A DNA stretch of 64,000 nt from Cyclobacteriaceae bacterium (GCA_041689935.1 JBDNFI010000012.1:5483-69482), one strand, 5' to 3'. Positions 47,339 through 58,168 are shown, numbered from the stretch's first letter. Program-made: numbers and translations. Notes: generated by a model from the sequence alone, not told the origin.

Positions 47339-47740
47339 TTATGAAAAATTCCTTTTGCTCGACAAGCTGCGATACGCATAATCCGCTATCAGTAAGCTGA
47401 TAATAGCTAATGTAGCCAAAATAAGTGAGGAGTTTCCGAGGCCAAAATCTAGATATTTGATGAAAGAAAGGAGGGACTGAGAGAAATTATATTGATCTGG
47501 AATGGAGTAGCTAGTTGAGCTGAAAGTAGAAATCAACCATAAGAGTAGGGAAAATAGAGATAGTCCTCCCGCAAAAAGGAATGGCATCAAGTTGGATTTG
47601 CTCTTTATTTTTAATGGAGAAGTCTTTGGTTGAAGCATACTCATAATGCTATCTTCCAAATGACTAGGAGCTTTTTCCTGAATTGACTTTTTCATCAAGT
47701 CATCCCATTTTTCCATTTTATTATTCTCCTGTGTATTCAT
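47339..47740 (-). CDS. Putative membrane anti-sigma factor (partner of the upstream ECF sigma)
   Basis: It shares a 4-nt ATGA overlap with the sigma gene. 133 aa with a short cytoplasmic segment and two TM helices. No family motif recognised. Confidence 0.45.
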   Translation of the reverse strand: MNTQENNKMEKWDDLMKKSIQEKAPSHLEDSIMSMLQPKTSPLKIKSKSNLMPFLFAGGLSLFSLLLWLISTFSSTSYSIPDQYNFSQSLLSFIKYLDFGLGNSSLILATLAIISLLIADYAYRSLSSKRNFS

Positions 47741-48288
47741 ACGAGCAATCCATTTTTCTCAAATAGTTCCTTTAAAATACTTCCCAAACGCTGTCGAGCT
47801 CTAAATATACTCACTTTGGCGTTTGAGTGGCTCATGTCCATAATCTTGCCTATTTCTTCCAAGCTCAAGTCCTCCATATAATACAGCGTGATGATGCCGG
47901 CATCTTTCGCGTTTAGAGTTGCGATGGCTTTATTCACCAAGGCTTCCTTCTCGCTTTTGTCCGAATCGCCCGCCAAATCTTCAAATTCCAAATTACTTTC
48001 TTCCAATGGCTTGGTTTGGAGGGTATTTTTTCTTTTGCTGCTCAAAGCGAAATTCACCACAATACGATAAAACCAAGTAGAAAATTTCGAATCGCCTCGG
48101 AAGCTATTTAATGATTGGTGTGCTTTCAAAAAGGAGTCCTGCACCACTTCTTCTGCTTCCATACTATCGCCAGTCACCCTGATGGCGATGGTAAAGGCAA
48201 AGTTTTGATAACGGGTTATTAGCAGTCGAAACGCTTCATTATCTCCACCGCATATTTTGGCGATTAGTTCTTGGTCACTTATCATCAT
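47737..48288 (-). CDS. ECF-type RNA polymerase sigma-70 factor
   Basis: Region 2 is AEEVVQDSFLKA...FSTWFYRIVVN. The region 4 HTH is LSLEEIGKIMDMSHSNAKVSIFRAR. Confidence 0.9.
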   Translation of the reverse strand: MMISDQELIAKICGGDNEAFRLLITRYQNFAFTIAIRVTGDSMEAEEVVQDSFLKAHQSLNSFRGDSKFSTWFYRIVVNFALSSKRKNTLQTKPLEESNLEFEDLAGDSDKSEKEALVNKAIATLNAKDAGIITLYYMEDLSLEEIGKIMDMSHSNAKVSIFRARQRLGSILKELFEKNGLLV

Positions 48289-48413
48289 GGAATGATCTAT
48301 GTGATGCGTTTTTTTATGAAAAGTTACACATTTGGCTTTAAATAAAAATTATCCGTGTCAAGTGTAACCTATGGCCATTTTCTGCATCCTATCAGCACAA
48401 TAAATTTAAAATT

Positions 48414-48734
48414 ATGAATCCTATATTTGTTCCTATTATTCTTGGAGTAGCTGTATTTACCATGATCGTTTTTCTTAGAAAATATGATAACGATGAGCGC
48501 ATGGCGATGATTGAAAAAGGCTTAGACCCAAATGCACCTATGCCAGTGAAAACCTCAGGTGTATTGCGTTTCGCATTACTAGCGATTGGCATTGGCCTTG
48601 GAATATTGGTTGGCTACTTCATTGTAGAATTTACCCAATTGACTGAGCAAGTAACTGTTGCCATTACCATTATTTTTGGCGGACTAGCCTTATTGCTAGC
48701 CTATTACATTGAGCAAAAACAGAAAGATTCTTAA
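48414..48734 (+). CDS. Small membrane protein, function unknown
   Basis: 106 aa with three hydrophobic helices. Confidence 0.45.
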   Translation: MNPIFVPIILGVAVFTMIVFLRKYDNDERMAMIEKGLDPNAPMPVKTSGVLRFALLAIGIGLGILVGYFIVEFTQLTEQVTVAITIIFGGLALLLAYYIEQKQKDS

Positions 48735-48904
48735 AAGAGAAAGCCCCAGTGATTTTGCCAGAGTTTATATTCCGAATACAGCGGGAGGATAAATGATCTT
48801 CATGTTGATTGAAAATCCATTTACCATTGCCAATGGAACGCTCACTGATCTGCCAATAAAAGAAGATTAATCTTTTATGCATTCTGTAGCTCAATGCTAT
48901 TTAT

Positions 48905-49501
48905 TTAGCCTACAATTCCTGATGCGCACAATTGATCTATCGTTGGGTCTGGTCGACCACCTTTTGGCTCAATCGTGATTGAAAATGCAGAAGCTTTAGG
49001 AATATCCTTCATCTTCAAGAATGAGCCTTGATCTCGATCGGCCAATATGCCCATATCTACAAATTGCCCATCTATAGTTGCCCATAGTTGATAATCTTTA
49101 TCATCGGGCAAGGGGGTAAGATTATTTACCATTAGGAAGGTCGCTTCGGATTGCTCATTCCACCATACCGAAAGGCTTGCAGTAGGCTGGATTTGCAAGC
49201 CGATGAGACCTATTTTCTGATAATTTGGATCAGCCGAAATAGAGAAGGCAAACTCTAATTCACTCAAGCGTATATTATTGAATTGTAGCTCTTCGGCCAT
49301 TTGAGTATGCTCAATGATCAGTTCATTCAATCCATCTTCTGTTTGGTAGTACATCTTCCCAAAATATACGGCCACAGCAAAACCTGCAATGGCTAATACC
49401 ATGCTAAATGCACCAATCTTTTTCCAAAATGTAAATCTGGAATGATCGGTCTTTGGAGTAGGAGAAGTAGTGATTTTGCGATTATTATCAGGTGTGTTCA
49501 T
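48905..49501 (-). CDS. RskA-type anti-sigma C-terminal-domain protein lacking the N-terminal anti-sigma domain
   Basis: It has a single TM segment (IGAFSMVLAIAGFAVAVYF). The extracytoplasmic domain carries YQLWATIDGQFVDMGIL and FSITIEPKGG blocks typical of RskA. Confidence 0.6.
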   Translation of the reverse strand: MNTPDNNRKITTSPTPKTDHSRFTFWKKIGAFSMVLAIAGFAVAVYFGKMYYQTEDGLNELIIEHTQMAEELQFNNIRLSELEFAFSISADPNYQKIGLIGLQIQPTASLSVWWNEQSEATFLMVNNLTPLPDDKDYQLWATIDGQFVDMGILADRDQGSFLKMKDIPKASAFSITIEPKGGRPDPTIDQLCASGIVG

Positions 49502-49698
49502 TTGGATATCTATTAGTAGGGCGCAGCAAACTGCAGTTATTTGCCTCCTTCTACTCGATGTGTTAGTATTTTTTTCGGACGATCTTTTGCCGATAAAGCA
49601 ATCGAGTATTGTCTATAAAAGCTCATCCAACGGCTTCTTGTCACTGACAAGCCACCGTTGGATGAGTTTAGTTCTGACGGATAACGAAGCTTCAACTA

Positions 49699-51093
49699 TT
49701 ATAAGTGAATCACTTCATCGTAAGCTGCCGCGGCCGCCTCCATGATCGCTTCCGACATAGTTGGGTGTGGATGAACTGATTTAATGATTTCGTGCCCAGT
49801 AGTTTCTAGCTTTCTAGCGACTACTATTTCGGCAATCATTTCCGTGACGTTAGTACCTAACATGTGCGCGCCAAGTAGCTCACCATATTTGGCATCAAAT
49901 ATCAATTTCACAAAACCATCTGCAACACCTCCCGCTTTTGCTTTTCCGGAAGCAGAGAATGGGAACTTACCCACTTTGATATTGAAACCAGCTTCCTTAG
50001 CTGCTTTCTCAGTATATCCAACCGATGCAACTTCAGGAATGCAATAGGTACAGCCTGGAATATTATTGTAATTGAGTGGCTCTGGATTATGACCCGCAAT
50101 CTTCTCTACACAAATAATGCCCTCAGCAGAGGCCACGTGCGCTAGGGATTGGCCTTTTACAATATCGCCGATAGCATATACGCCGTCTACATTTGTTTTG
50201 TAAAAATCATCTACGATTACTTTGCCTTTCTCGGTTTTTACGCCAGTAGCTTCCAAGCCAATTCCTTCTATATTGGTCGCAATCCCTACCGCTGAAAGGA
50301 CAATCTCGCATTCTATAATTTCTTCACCTTTTGGCGTTTTTACGGTTACTTTACAGCCTTTACCTTTGGTGTCTACTTTGGTTACTTCCGACTTGGTCAT
50401 GAATTTCATTCCCGCCTTTTTGTAAATCCTCTCTAGTCCTTTTGATACTTCTTCATCTTCGACAGGAAGTATTCTGTCCATATATTCTACTACAGTTACT
50501 TCCGTACCGATGGAGTTGTACAGATAAGCAAACTCCATCCCGATAGCGCCAGAACCAACTACCACCATAGAAGCAGGCTGCTTTTCTAAGGTCATCGCTT
50601 TGCGGTATTCAACCACTTTTTGGCCGTCGATAGGTAGGTTTAGCAGTTCTCTTGCCCTCCCGCCTGTTGCCAATATGATGTGATTTGCTGTGTATTCTGT
50701 GGTTTTGCCACTATCGTCTTTTACATCTACTTTCTTGCCTTTTTTCAAGGTGCCGAAACCAGATATATGGTCTATTTTATTCTTTTTAAGAAGAAATTGG
50801 ATGCCTTTGCTCATTCCATCTGCCACATTTCTACTTCTCTTTACCATGCCTGTGAAATCTGGACTGGCGTTTTCTACATTAATGCCATAATCTTTGGCAT
50901 GCTTGATATATTCAAATACTTGGGCACTTTTCAGAAGGGCTTTTGTTGGGATACAACCCCAATTGAGGCAGATACCGCCAAGTTCGGTTCTTTCCACTAC
51001 CCCTACTTTCATTCCTAGCTGTGAAGCTCTGATAGCGGCAACATAACCACCCGGCCCACTGCCTATTACAATCAAATCGTATTTTGCTGACAT
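49699..51093 (-). CDS. lpdA: Dihydrolipoyl dehydrogenase
   Basis: GSGPGGY FAD motif, redox-active disulfide GGICLNWGCIPTK and C-terminal HPHPTMSE. Confidence 0.96.
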   Translation of the reverse strand: MSAKYDLIVIGSGPGGYVAAIRASQLGMKVGVVERTELGGICLNWGCIPTKALLKSAQVFEYIKHAKDYGINVENASPDFTGMVKRSRNVADGMSKGIQFLLKKNKIDHISGFGTLKKGKKVDVKDDSGKTTEYTANHIILATGGRARELLNLPIDGQKVVEYRKAMTLEKQPASMVVVGSGAIGMEFAYLYNSIGTEVTVVEYMDRILPVEDEEVSKGLERIYKKAGMKFMTKSEVTKVDTKGKGCKVTVKTPKGEEIIECEIVLSAVGIATNIEGIGLEATGVKTEKGKVIVDDFYKTNVDGVYAIGDIVKGQSLAHVASAEGIICVEKIAGHNPEPLNYNNIPGCTYCIPEVASVGYTEKAAKEAGFNIKVGKFPFSASGKAKAGGVADGFVKLIFDAKYGELLGAHMLGTNVTEMIAEIVVARKLETTGHEIIKSVHPHPTMSEAIMEAAAAAYDEVIHL

Positions 51094-51284
51094 ATTATGA
51101 ATTATAGAGATTAATTATCGATTAAAATTCAGATACCAAAGTTACGCTTTATCCATAAAGTAAAAAAGCCACTTGTGACACGGATGAGAATTGATTTGGC
51201 TTATTCGCTTAAATTAATCCTCAATTAAGCATTTATGTTTAATATTGTTGTTGAGAATCATTTGATAGAATTAAAATTAGAACC

Positions 51285-52031
51285 ATGAAGTTATTAGAGG
51301 GCAAAACCGTACTGGTGACGGGCGCATCGAAAGGAATAGGCAGAGCCGTGGCAGAAAAATGCGCACAGGCTGGAGCAAATATAGCATTTACCTACCTGTC
51401 TAGTGTGGAGAAAGGGCAAGCATTGGAAGAAGAACTGAAAGCATTTGGTGTAAAAGCCAAAGGGTATCGCTCTGATGCTTCCAATTTTGCGGCAGCCGAA
51501 ATCTTGATCAACGATGTAGTAGCTGACTTTGGGAGCTTAGATGTGCTCGTAAATAATGCGGGTATTACCAAAGATAATTTGCTGATGAGACTAACGGAGG
51601 AGGCTTGGGATGAGGTGATAAATGTGAATCTGAAATCTTGCTTCAATACAGTAAAAGCAGCGACGCGTACTTTTATGAAACAAAGAAGTGGTTCTATTGT
51701 GAATATGACTTCTGTAGTGGGTATAAAAGGAAATGCCGGACAGGCAAATTATGCGGCTTCTAAAGCAGGCATTATCGGTTTTACCAAATCTGTAGCCTTG
51801 GAGCTTGGCTCAAGAAATATTCGCTGCAATGCCATAGCACCAGGATTTATCGAAACAGAAATGACAGCCGCGTTGGATGATAAAACAGTGCAAGGCTGGA
51901 GAGATGCCATCCCATTGCGACGTGGGGGCTCACCAGAAGATGTTGCCGATTGTGTGGTTTTTCTTGGTTCAGATATGTCCTCGTACATAAGTGGGCAAGT
52001 GCTGCAAGTAGATGGCGGAATGCTAACCTAA
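51285..52031 (+). CDS. fabG: 3-oxoacyl-[ACP] reductase
   Basis: TGASKGIGRA, NNAGIT and the catalytic YAASKAG. 248 aa. Confidence 0.93.
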   Translation: MKLLEGKTVLVTGASKGIGRAVAEKCAQAGANIAFTYLSSVEKGQALEEELKAFGVKAKGYRSDASNFAAAEILINDVVADFGSLDVLVNNAGITKDNLLMRLTEEAWDEVINVNLKSCFNTVKAATRTFMKQRSGSIVNMTSVVGIKGNAGQANYAASKAGIIGFTKSVALELGSRNIRCNAIAPGFIETEMTAALDDKTVQGWRDAIPLRRGGSPEDVADCVVFLGSDMSSYISGQVLQVDGGMLT

Positions 52032-52116
52032 CGATCAATGGAACGAATCCTAAGACCAAATTTTACCACATAAATAAATTTTGAAACCAAAGTCCTATAC
52101 CTCCGCTTAAGCTATT

Positions 52117-54186
52117 ATGACCAAAATACTATTTGAGTATTCGCCGTGGTTATTAATTCCTGCCGCAGGTGTAGGTTTTTTGTTCGCTTGGCTGCTTTAT
52201 GCCAAAAAAGGACCTTGGCCAATACGTATCCACAAATTGCTTTTCGGCCTACGTGTATTGGTGTTCACGGTAATTGCCTTCCTTTTGCTCGGCCCGCTCC
52301 TTAGGCAGATTGAAAATTACTTTGAGAAGCCTGAAATCATTCTTGCCTGGGACAATAGCCTTTCAGTCAGTGCAGGGACAGATTCTTTAGCCCTTGCCAA
52401 TTTGCAGGGGCGATTGATTTCGGAAGCAGCTGTTTGGCGAGAAAATGGCTTCGATGTGAATATTCAAGCCTTTGACCGTGATAAGGAGGCCTTCGGAACC
52501 ATCCCTAGTTTTTCCTCCCGTCAAACTAATCTGCACGACCAGCTAAAGAGAATTGAAGAGCAAAGTGAAGGAAATAACTTACGCCAAGTCCTACTTATTT
52601 CCGACGGAATTAATAACGCAGGACTCAATCCATCTTTTCAACTTTATGGCTTTAATCTAAGTACTTTTGGGCTGGGAGACACCATTCCAAAAAGAGATAT
52701 TCTGATTAGCTCGCTGCGCTTTAATAAAATCAGTTATAAAGGTTCCAGATTTCCAATTGTAGCTGAAATTGCTCAAAATGGCTACGAGGGAGTAAGTACG
52801 CAAGTGCGAGTATTAAGAGGCGGGAAGGTAATTGAAAGTCAAATTATTTCTTTTAGCTCTGGCGAGAATTTCAAAACAGCGGAATTCTTGATTGAAGCAG
52901 AAGGCGATGGCTTACAAACCTACCAAATTGCCATTGATCCAGTACAGGGGGAATTTACACGGGAAAATAATCAAAAATCAGCCTTTGTGGAGGTGATAGA
53001 GGCAAAGCAACAAATTTTAATAGTAGCTGCTGCCCCACATCCAGATATAAAAGCACTTAGAAGTGTATTAGAGCAAAGTAATGCCTATGAGCTCACCGTA
53101 CACATTCATGGCATTGATGATTGGGTTTATACTGAAGAATTTGACTTGGCCATTTTGCATCAACTCCCAAGTAGGATAGCGGATGCTAATTCAATTTTGG
53201 AGCGAATCCCATCCTCTACTCCAAAGTGGTATATCATGGGTAGCCAAACGGATTTGAATTTATTTAGCCAAATGAATGGGTTGATGGAATTACGCCGGAC
53301 TTCCCCACAGCCAGATAGAGTATTTCCTGCCTTTAGCGATAATTACGATCGCTTTGTTTTTGAAACAGAGCAAAGAGACTTCCTTCGAAACCTCCCGCCC
53401 GCTGCTGTGCCGTTTGGAGAATATATCATTTATCCAAATGCTGAAATCATGCTTTTTCAGCGCGTTGGAAATGTGCTTACTGATAGGCCATTATTAATGA
53501 CTGGAATGGTAGGCGATGCGAAAACTGCGGTGATGATAGGCGAAGGCTTGTGGAATTGGCGAATGGACAATATAAAGCGGGAGGGAACGGAATTTGATCA
53601 GCTTTTTTCTAAGCTTATACAATATTTGGCCGCTCGTGAAGACAATCGAAAGTTTCGTTTCTATCCAATCAAAAATGAATGGGACGAAGGCGAAACCATT
53701 GTTTTCGAAAGTGAAGGGTATAACGATATCTTAGAAAAAATTTATAACTATCAGGTAGATATTAAGATTACGAATGAAGCGGATAGCTCAATGGAGTACA
53801 CATACGAGCCAACTGCTAGTTCGGCAAGATATCGTGTTTCTGGTCTGAAACCGGGCATTTATCGCTATGAGGGAAGGACTAGCCTGCAAGGAAATGCTGA
53901 AGTAGATAGAGGAGAATTTCTGGTAACAAGACGCGAGGTTGAGCTGAACAACCTCACGGCCAATCATGGCCTTATGCGCTCATTGGCGACGAACCACGGT
54001 GGAAAATATTACAATATCAACGAAGTAGATGCCCTTATTGCTGATTTTGAAGCCCTTGACCCAACACAAAGAATTATAAGTGAGGAAACATTTTTACCTG
54101 CTAATCGCTTGCTGTGGCTGTTTTTATTGATTGTATTGATAGCAGGTGTTGAATGGTTTTTAAGAAAATATTACGGATCTTATTAA
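52117..54186 (+). CDS. Large conserved membrane protein (BatA-N-like double-TM anchor, C-terminal TM), function unknown
   Basis: 689 aa with two TM helices at the N-terminus, one at the extreme C-terminus and a long soluble middle. No catalytic motif recognised. Confidence 0.5.
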   Translation: MTKILFEYSPWLLIPAAGVGFLFAWLLYAKKGPWPIRIHKLLFGLRVLVFTVIAFLLLGPLLRQIENYFEKPEIILAWDNSLSVSAGTDSLALANLQGRLISEAAVWRENGFDVNIQAFDRDKEAFGTIPSFSSRQTNLHDQLKRIEEQSEGNNLRQVLLISDGINNAGLNPSFQLYGFNLSTFGLGDTIPKRDILISSLRFNKISYKGSRFPIVAEIAQNGYEGVSTQVRVLRGGKVIESQIISFSSGENFKTAEFLIEAEGDGLQTYQIAIDPVQGEFTRENNQKSAFVEVIEAKQQILIVAAAPHPDIKALRSVLEQSNAYELTVHIHGIDDWVYTEEFDLAILHQLPSRIADANSILERIPSSTPKWYIMGSQTDLNLFSQMNGLMELRRTSPQPDRVFPAFSDNYDRFVFETEQRDFLRNLPPAAVPFGEYIIYPNAEIMLFQRVGNVLTDRPLLMTGMVGDAKTAVMIGEGLWNWRMDNIKREGTEFDQLFSKLIQYLAAREDNRKFRFYPIKNEWDEGETIVFESEGYNDILEKIYNYQVDIKITNEADSSMEYTYEPTASSARYRVSGLKPGIYRYEGRTSLQGNAEVDRGEFLVTRREVELNNLTANHGLMRSLATNHGGKYYNINEVDALIADFEALDPTQRIISEETFLPANRLLWLFLLIVLIAGVEWFLRKYYGSY

Positions 54187-54226
54187 TTGGTTTTGTATAT
54201 CAAAACTAAATAATTAATTTCGGCGT

Positions 54227-55018
54227 ATGAAGTCATATTTCCTTTTATTAATTTTGTTTACGGCGATTTCCTGCACCGATCACAAAAAGTCTGGCGATGA
54301 ATACTTTGCTGAGGGAAATTACAAACAAGCTATTAAGCATTTTGACTATATTATCGAATACAACCCATTCGATAATCAGACTATTTTCAAACGTGCCAGA
54401 GCCAAACAGGAACTAGAACTGTACGAGGAAGCTATAGTTGATTTGGAACGGGCGATAACGATAGATAAGAGTAATTTCAGCTATTTTTTTACACGTGGAA
54501 TGTGCTACTGGGGATTGGAGAACATAGAAGGTGCCGCTATTGATTTTCGAAATGCTTCTAATATAAATAAAAAAGACTTTGATTCATTTTTGATGCTTGG
54601 TAGAGCCTATATAAAATTAGGCGAAAGAGCAAAGGCTTACGATGCGATGGAATCTGCGGTAGAATTGGATGAGGAAAATTTGGGCGGGAGGTATTATCGT
54701 GGAATCGCACGTGCCAGATATGGCGATATTCTAGGAGCGGTAATCGATCTTTCCTACTATTTGAATGAGAACAAGGATGATACGAATGCCTTGTACAATC
54801 GTGCCATCTGCTATATTGGGGAAGGATTTTATATGGGAAGCATAAGAGATTTCACCCGATTATTAGAGCTCGAACCGGACAATGATCTAGCAGCGGTGCA
54901 TCGAGCCATCTCTTATGCGCGTATCGGCAATACAGTTATTGCCTGCCGGGAGTTAGGTAGATTGGCCAAAAAGGGAGACGAAACAAGTATAAAACTATTG
55001 GAGGAATATTGTAGGTAA
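54227..55018 (+). CDS. Tetratricopeptide-repeat lipoprotein
   Basis: The lipobox is FTAISC. It contains repeated 34-aa A/Y/G-patterned TPR units. Confidence 0.75.
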   Translation: MKSYFLLLILFTAISCTDHKKSGDEYFAEGNYKQAIKHFDYIIEYNPFDNQTIFKRARAKQELELYEEAIVDLERAITIDKSNFSYFFTRGMCYWGLENIEGAAIDFRNASNINKKDFDSFLMLGRAYIKLGERAKAYDAMESAVELDEENLGGRYYRGIARARYGDILGAVIDLSYYLNENKDDTNALYNRAICYIGEGFYMGSIRDFTRLLELEPDNDLAAVHRAISYARIGNTVIACRELGRLAKKGDETSIKLLEEYCR

Positions 55019-55457
55019 ATGATAAGCATCTCTACTTTCTACTTTCACACTTTTCGAGATAGTGTCTTTATCTTTCCTCTTTAGCGTCATCATCTTAGCG
55101 AACTCCGCGCTTAATTTTTTTTATTAGAAACCACACCTGCTGCAAAATTTTAAGCAATGGGCGTTTTTTTATTAAGCAGTTTTTTAGAGTAATTTACTTG
55201 TAGGAGACACCTGGGAAACGTTCCTACTGGTAATGAAGGTCTCTGCGCTTAAATTCCTTGTCCAGTAACTGTAAGTCGCGCATAGATTTTTCTATTCTAC
55301 ATAAAGTAATCTTACTAATTATTTAATCATAAGAATCATACTTCAGACATTCTTAGTGTTTTCACCCAGCAAACTCCATGTTTGATTTTCTATATCAGTA
55401 GCCACAATTGAATGAACGATTATTCTAACATCACCTTATTCCGAATGCTTAATTCAC

Positions 55458-55490
55458 AAAAAAAGGCTGTCTGAATTAATAGACAGCCTT
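55458..55490 (-). terminator. Rho-independent terminator of clpC
   Basis: The minus strand reads aaggctgtct-attaattc-agacagcctttttttg: a 10-bp perfect stem plus T7, about 25 nt after the clpC stop. Confidence 0.85.
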
Positions 55491-55514
55491 TCGATATTCG
55501 ATTAATAATTGATG

Positions 55515-58055
55515 CTATTTTTCAGCGTCCTTATCTACAAGTCCTTTTTTAAGGCTAACGACTATTTCTTCTGCCCCATCTACATGGTCGGCCAATAATG
55601 TATCACCCACCTGAATTTCTCCTCTAAGGATTTCCTCTGCAATCGGGTCTTCCAAATATTTTTGGATCGCTCTATTGAGTGGTCTTGCTCCATATTGTGG
55701 ATCATATCCCTTTTCTGATAAGAAATCTTTTGCCTTTTCGCTGAGTTCAATTTCGTACCCTAAATCCTTGATACGAACAAATAGCTTGCTCAAAGAAATA
55801 TCAATGATTTTGTGAATATGCTCTTTTTGTAGAGAATTGAATATAATCACGTCATCCAAACGATTCAAAAATTCCGGACTAAAGGTCTTCTTGAGGGCTT
55901 TCTGTATGGTATCTCTCATCACATCATCTATTGCTTCTTGTTTTGTTTGTGAGGCAAAACCAATTCCCGCACCGAAATCCTTTAGATCGCGCACGCCAAT
56001 GTTGGAAGTCATTATGATAATGGTATTTCTGAAGTCAACTCTTCGGCCTAAGCCATCTGTTAATATCCCATCGTCTAATACTTGAAGAAGGATATTATAC
56101 ACATCTGGATGCGCTTTCTCAATTTCATCAAGTAGGATTACTGCGTAAGGCTTACGTCGAACTTTCTCGGTCAATTGTCCACCTTCTTCATATCCAACAT
56201 AGCCTGGAGGTGCTCCAACCAAACGGGAGATCGAGAATTTCTCCATATACTCACTCATATCTATACGGATAAGTGAATCGTCTTTATCAAAAAGATACGT
56301 TGCAAGAACTTTTGCTAATTCAGTTTTTCCCACACCTGTTGGGCCTAAGAATACGAAAGAGCCTATTGGCTTTTTCGGGTCTTTGAGACCAACCCTTGTG
56401 CGCTGTATTGCTTTAGTCAATTTCTTAATAGCCTCTTCTTGGCCTATTACTTTGCCTGCAAGTGATTCACCCATTTTCAGTAATTTTGCACTTTCATTTT
56501 GCGCAATTCTATTTACCGAAATACCAGTAATCATAGCAATTACTTCTGCTACATTTTCTTCGTCAACCGTATAGCGTTGATTCTTGGTTTCTTCTTCCCA
56601 TCGAAGTTTTGCCGCATCCAGCTCTTCAAGAAGTTTTTTCTCTTTATCGCGGAGCCTTGCAGCTTCTTCGTATTTCTGGCTTTTTACAACATTATTTTTA
56701 TCTTTCTTCACATCCTCTATGTCCGACTCTAGCTGCTCGATATCAGCAGGAACATGGATATTTTTGATGTGAACACGCGCTCCTGTTTCATCCAAAATAT
56801 CAATTGCTTTATCAGGAAGAAAACGATCGCTAATGTATCTGTCAGACATTTTGACACAAGCTTCAATAGCAGCTTGGGAATAGTTAACATGGTGATGCTC
56901 CTCGTACTTATCTTTTATGTTTTCAAGTATTTGGATGGTTTCATTTATTGTGGTTGCATCCACCATCACCATTTGGAATCTACGAGCAAGAGCACCGTCT
57001 TTCTCTATATATTGTCTGTACTCATCTAAGGTAGTAGCACCGATACATTGGATTTCGCCACGAGAAAGCGCTGGCTTGAACATGTTACTTGCGTCAAGAG
57101 AGCCTGAAGCACCTCCCGCTCCAACAATTGTGTGCAATTCATCAATGAAAAGAATGACATCTTTCGATTTTTCCAATTCATTCATTACCGCCTTCATTCG
57201 TTCCTCAAATTGGCCACGGTATTTTGTTCCCGCTACCAATGAAGCCAAATCAAGCGTTACCACTCTTTTATTGAAAAGGACTCTTGAAACTTTTTTCTCA
57301 ATTATTCTTAGGGCGAGGCCTTCTGCGATGGCAGTTTTACCCACTCCAGGCTCACCTATTAATATTGGGTTGTTTTTCTTTCGACGGCTAAGGATTTGAG
57401 CTACTCGCTCTATTTCTTTTTCACGTCCCACAATCGGATCCAACCTGCCATCTTCTGCAAGTCTGGTCAAGTCGCGACCAAAATTGTCTAGCACTGGTGT
57501 TTTGGATTTCTCGGCACCTTTAGCAGAACCCATGCCTCCAGCAGAGCTGCCCGAGCTACCGAACACTTTGCTGCTATCATCGTCGTTGCCATCAGTATCG
57601 GAAGCAGCCATAGGGCTGTCCGATTTATACTCAAGAAGTTCCTTTACCACATCATAACTTACATTATATTTTTCCATCACTTGAGTAGGTAGGCTATCTT
57701 CGTCGCGGAGAATTGATAATAATAAATGCTCCGTACCGATTAGCTGGCTTTTAAATATTTTTGCTTCTAAATAAGTGATTTTCAGCACTTTTTCAGACTG
57801 CCTAGTAAGAGGGATATTTGCTAAGTTTTTGACGTTATGCGATGCAGTTCCCTTAGTAGCTTTTTCCAAAGCCTGTCTCATTTCATCTAACGGAACGCCT
57901 AATTTTTTCAGAAGAGATACGGCTACACCTTCGCCCTCCCGCAATAACCCAAGCACCAAGTGCTCAGTACCAATATAGTCATGCCCCAGGCGCAAAGCTT
58001 CCTCGCGGCTAAGGGATATTACTTCTTTTACTCGATTCGAAAATTTTGCTTCCAT
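55515..58055 (-). CDS. clpC: ATP-dependent Clp protease ATP-binding subunit ClpC-type (class I AAA+)
   Basis: Two Clp_N repeats, Walker A GEPGVGKTA (D1) and GPTGVGKTE (D2), and a UVR-like linker (YEEAARLRDKEKKL). 846 aa. Confidence 0.93.
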   Translation of the reverse strand: MEAKFSNRVKEVISLSREEALRLGHDYIGTEHLVLGLLREGEGVAVSLLKKLGVPLDEMRQALEKATKGTASHNVKNLANIPLTRQSEKVLKITYLEAKIFKSQLIGTEHLLLSILRDEDSLPTQVMEKYNVSYDVVKELLEYKSDSPMAASDTDGNDDDSSKVFGSSGSSAGGMGSAKGAEKSKTPVLDNFGRDLTRLAEDGRLDPIVGREKEIERVAQILSRRKKNNPILIGEPGVGKTAIAEGLALRIIEKKVSRVLFNKRVVTLDLASLVAGTKYRGQFEERMKAVMNELEKSKDVILFIDELHTIVGAGGASGSLDASNMFKPALSRGEIQCIGATTLDEYRQYIEKDGALARRFQMVMVDATTINETIQILENIKDKYEEHHHVNYSQAAIEACVKMSDRYISDRFLPDKAIDILDETGARVHIKNIHVPADIEQLESDIEDVKKDKNNVVKSQKYEEAARLRDKEKKLLEELDAAKLRWEEETKNQRYTVDEENVAEVIAMITGISVNRIAQNESAKLLKMGESLAGKVIGQEEAIKKLTKAIQRTRVGLKDPKKPIGSFVFLGPTGVGKTELAKVLATYLFDKDDSLIRIDMSEYMEKFSISRLVGAPPGYVGYEEGGQLTEKVRRKPYAVILLDEIEKAHPDVYNILLQVLDDGILTDGLGRRVDFRNTIIIMTSNIGVRDLKDFGAGIGFASQTKQEAIDDVMRDTIQKALKKTFSPEFLNRLDDVIIFNSLQKEHIHKIIDISLSKLFVRIKDLGYEIELSEKAKDFLSEKGYDPQYGARPLNRAIQKYLEDPIAEEILRGEIQVGDTLLADHVDGAEEIVVSLKKGLVDKDAEK

Positions 58056-58168
58056 ATTATATATCTATAAAGCCTCTGTACCTGCTAAATGTAAATGATT
58101 CAGTTTGAAAATACCACTTAAGGAAGGATAAAAATCATGTAGGAAAAACGTGAAAACCCTACATTTGT

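Noticed and set aside
56383-57399. Several 60-160-aa + strand ORFs antisense to clpC
   Set aside because: They are shadow ORFs opposite a highly conserved AAA+ gene, with Ser/Phe-rich low-information sequences.
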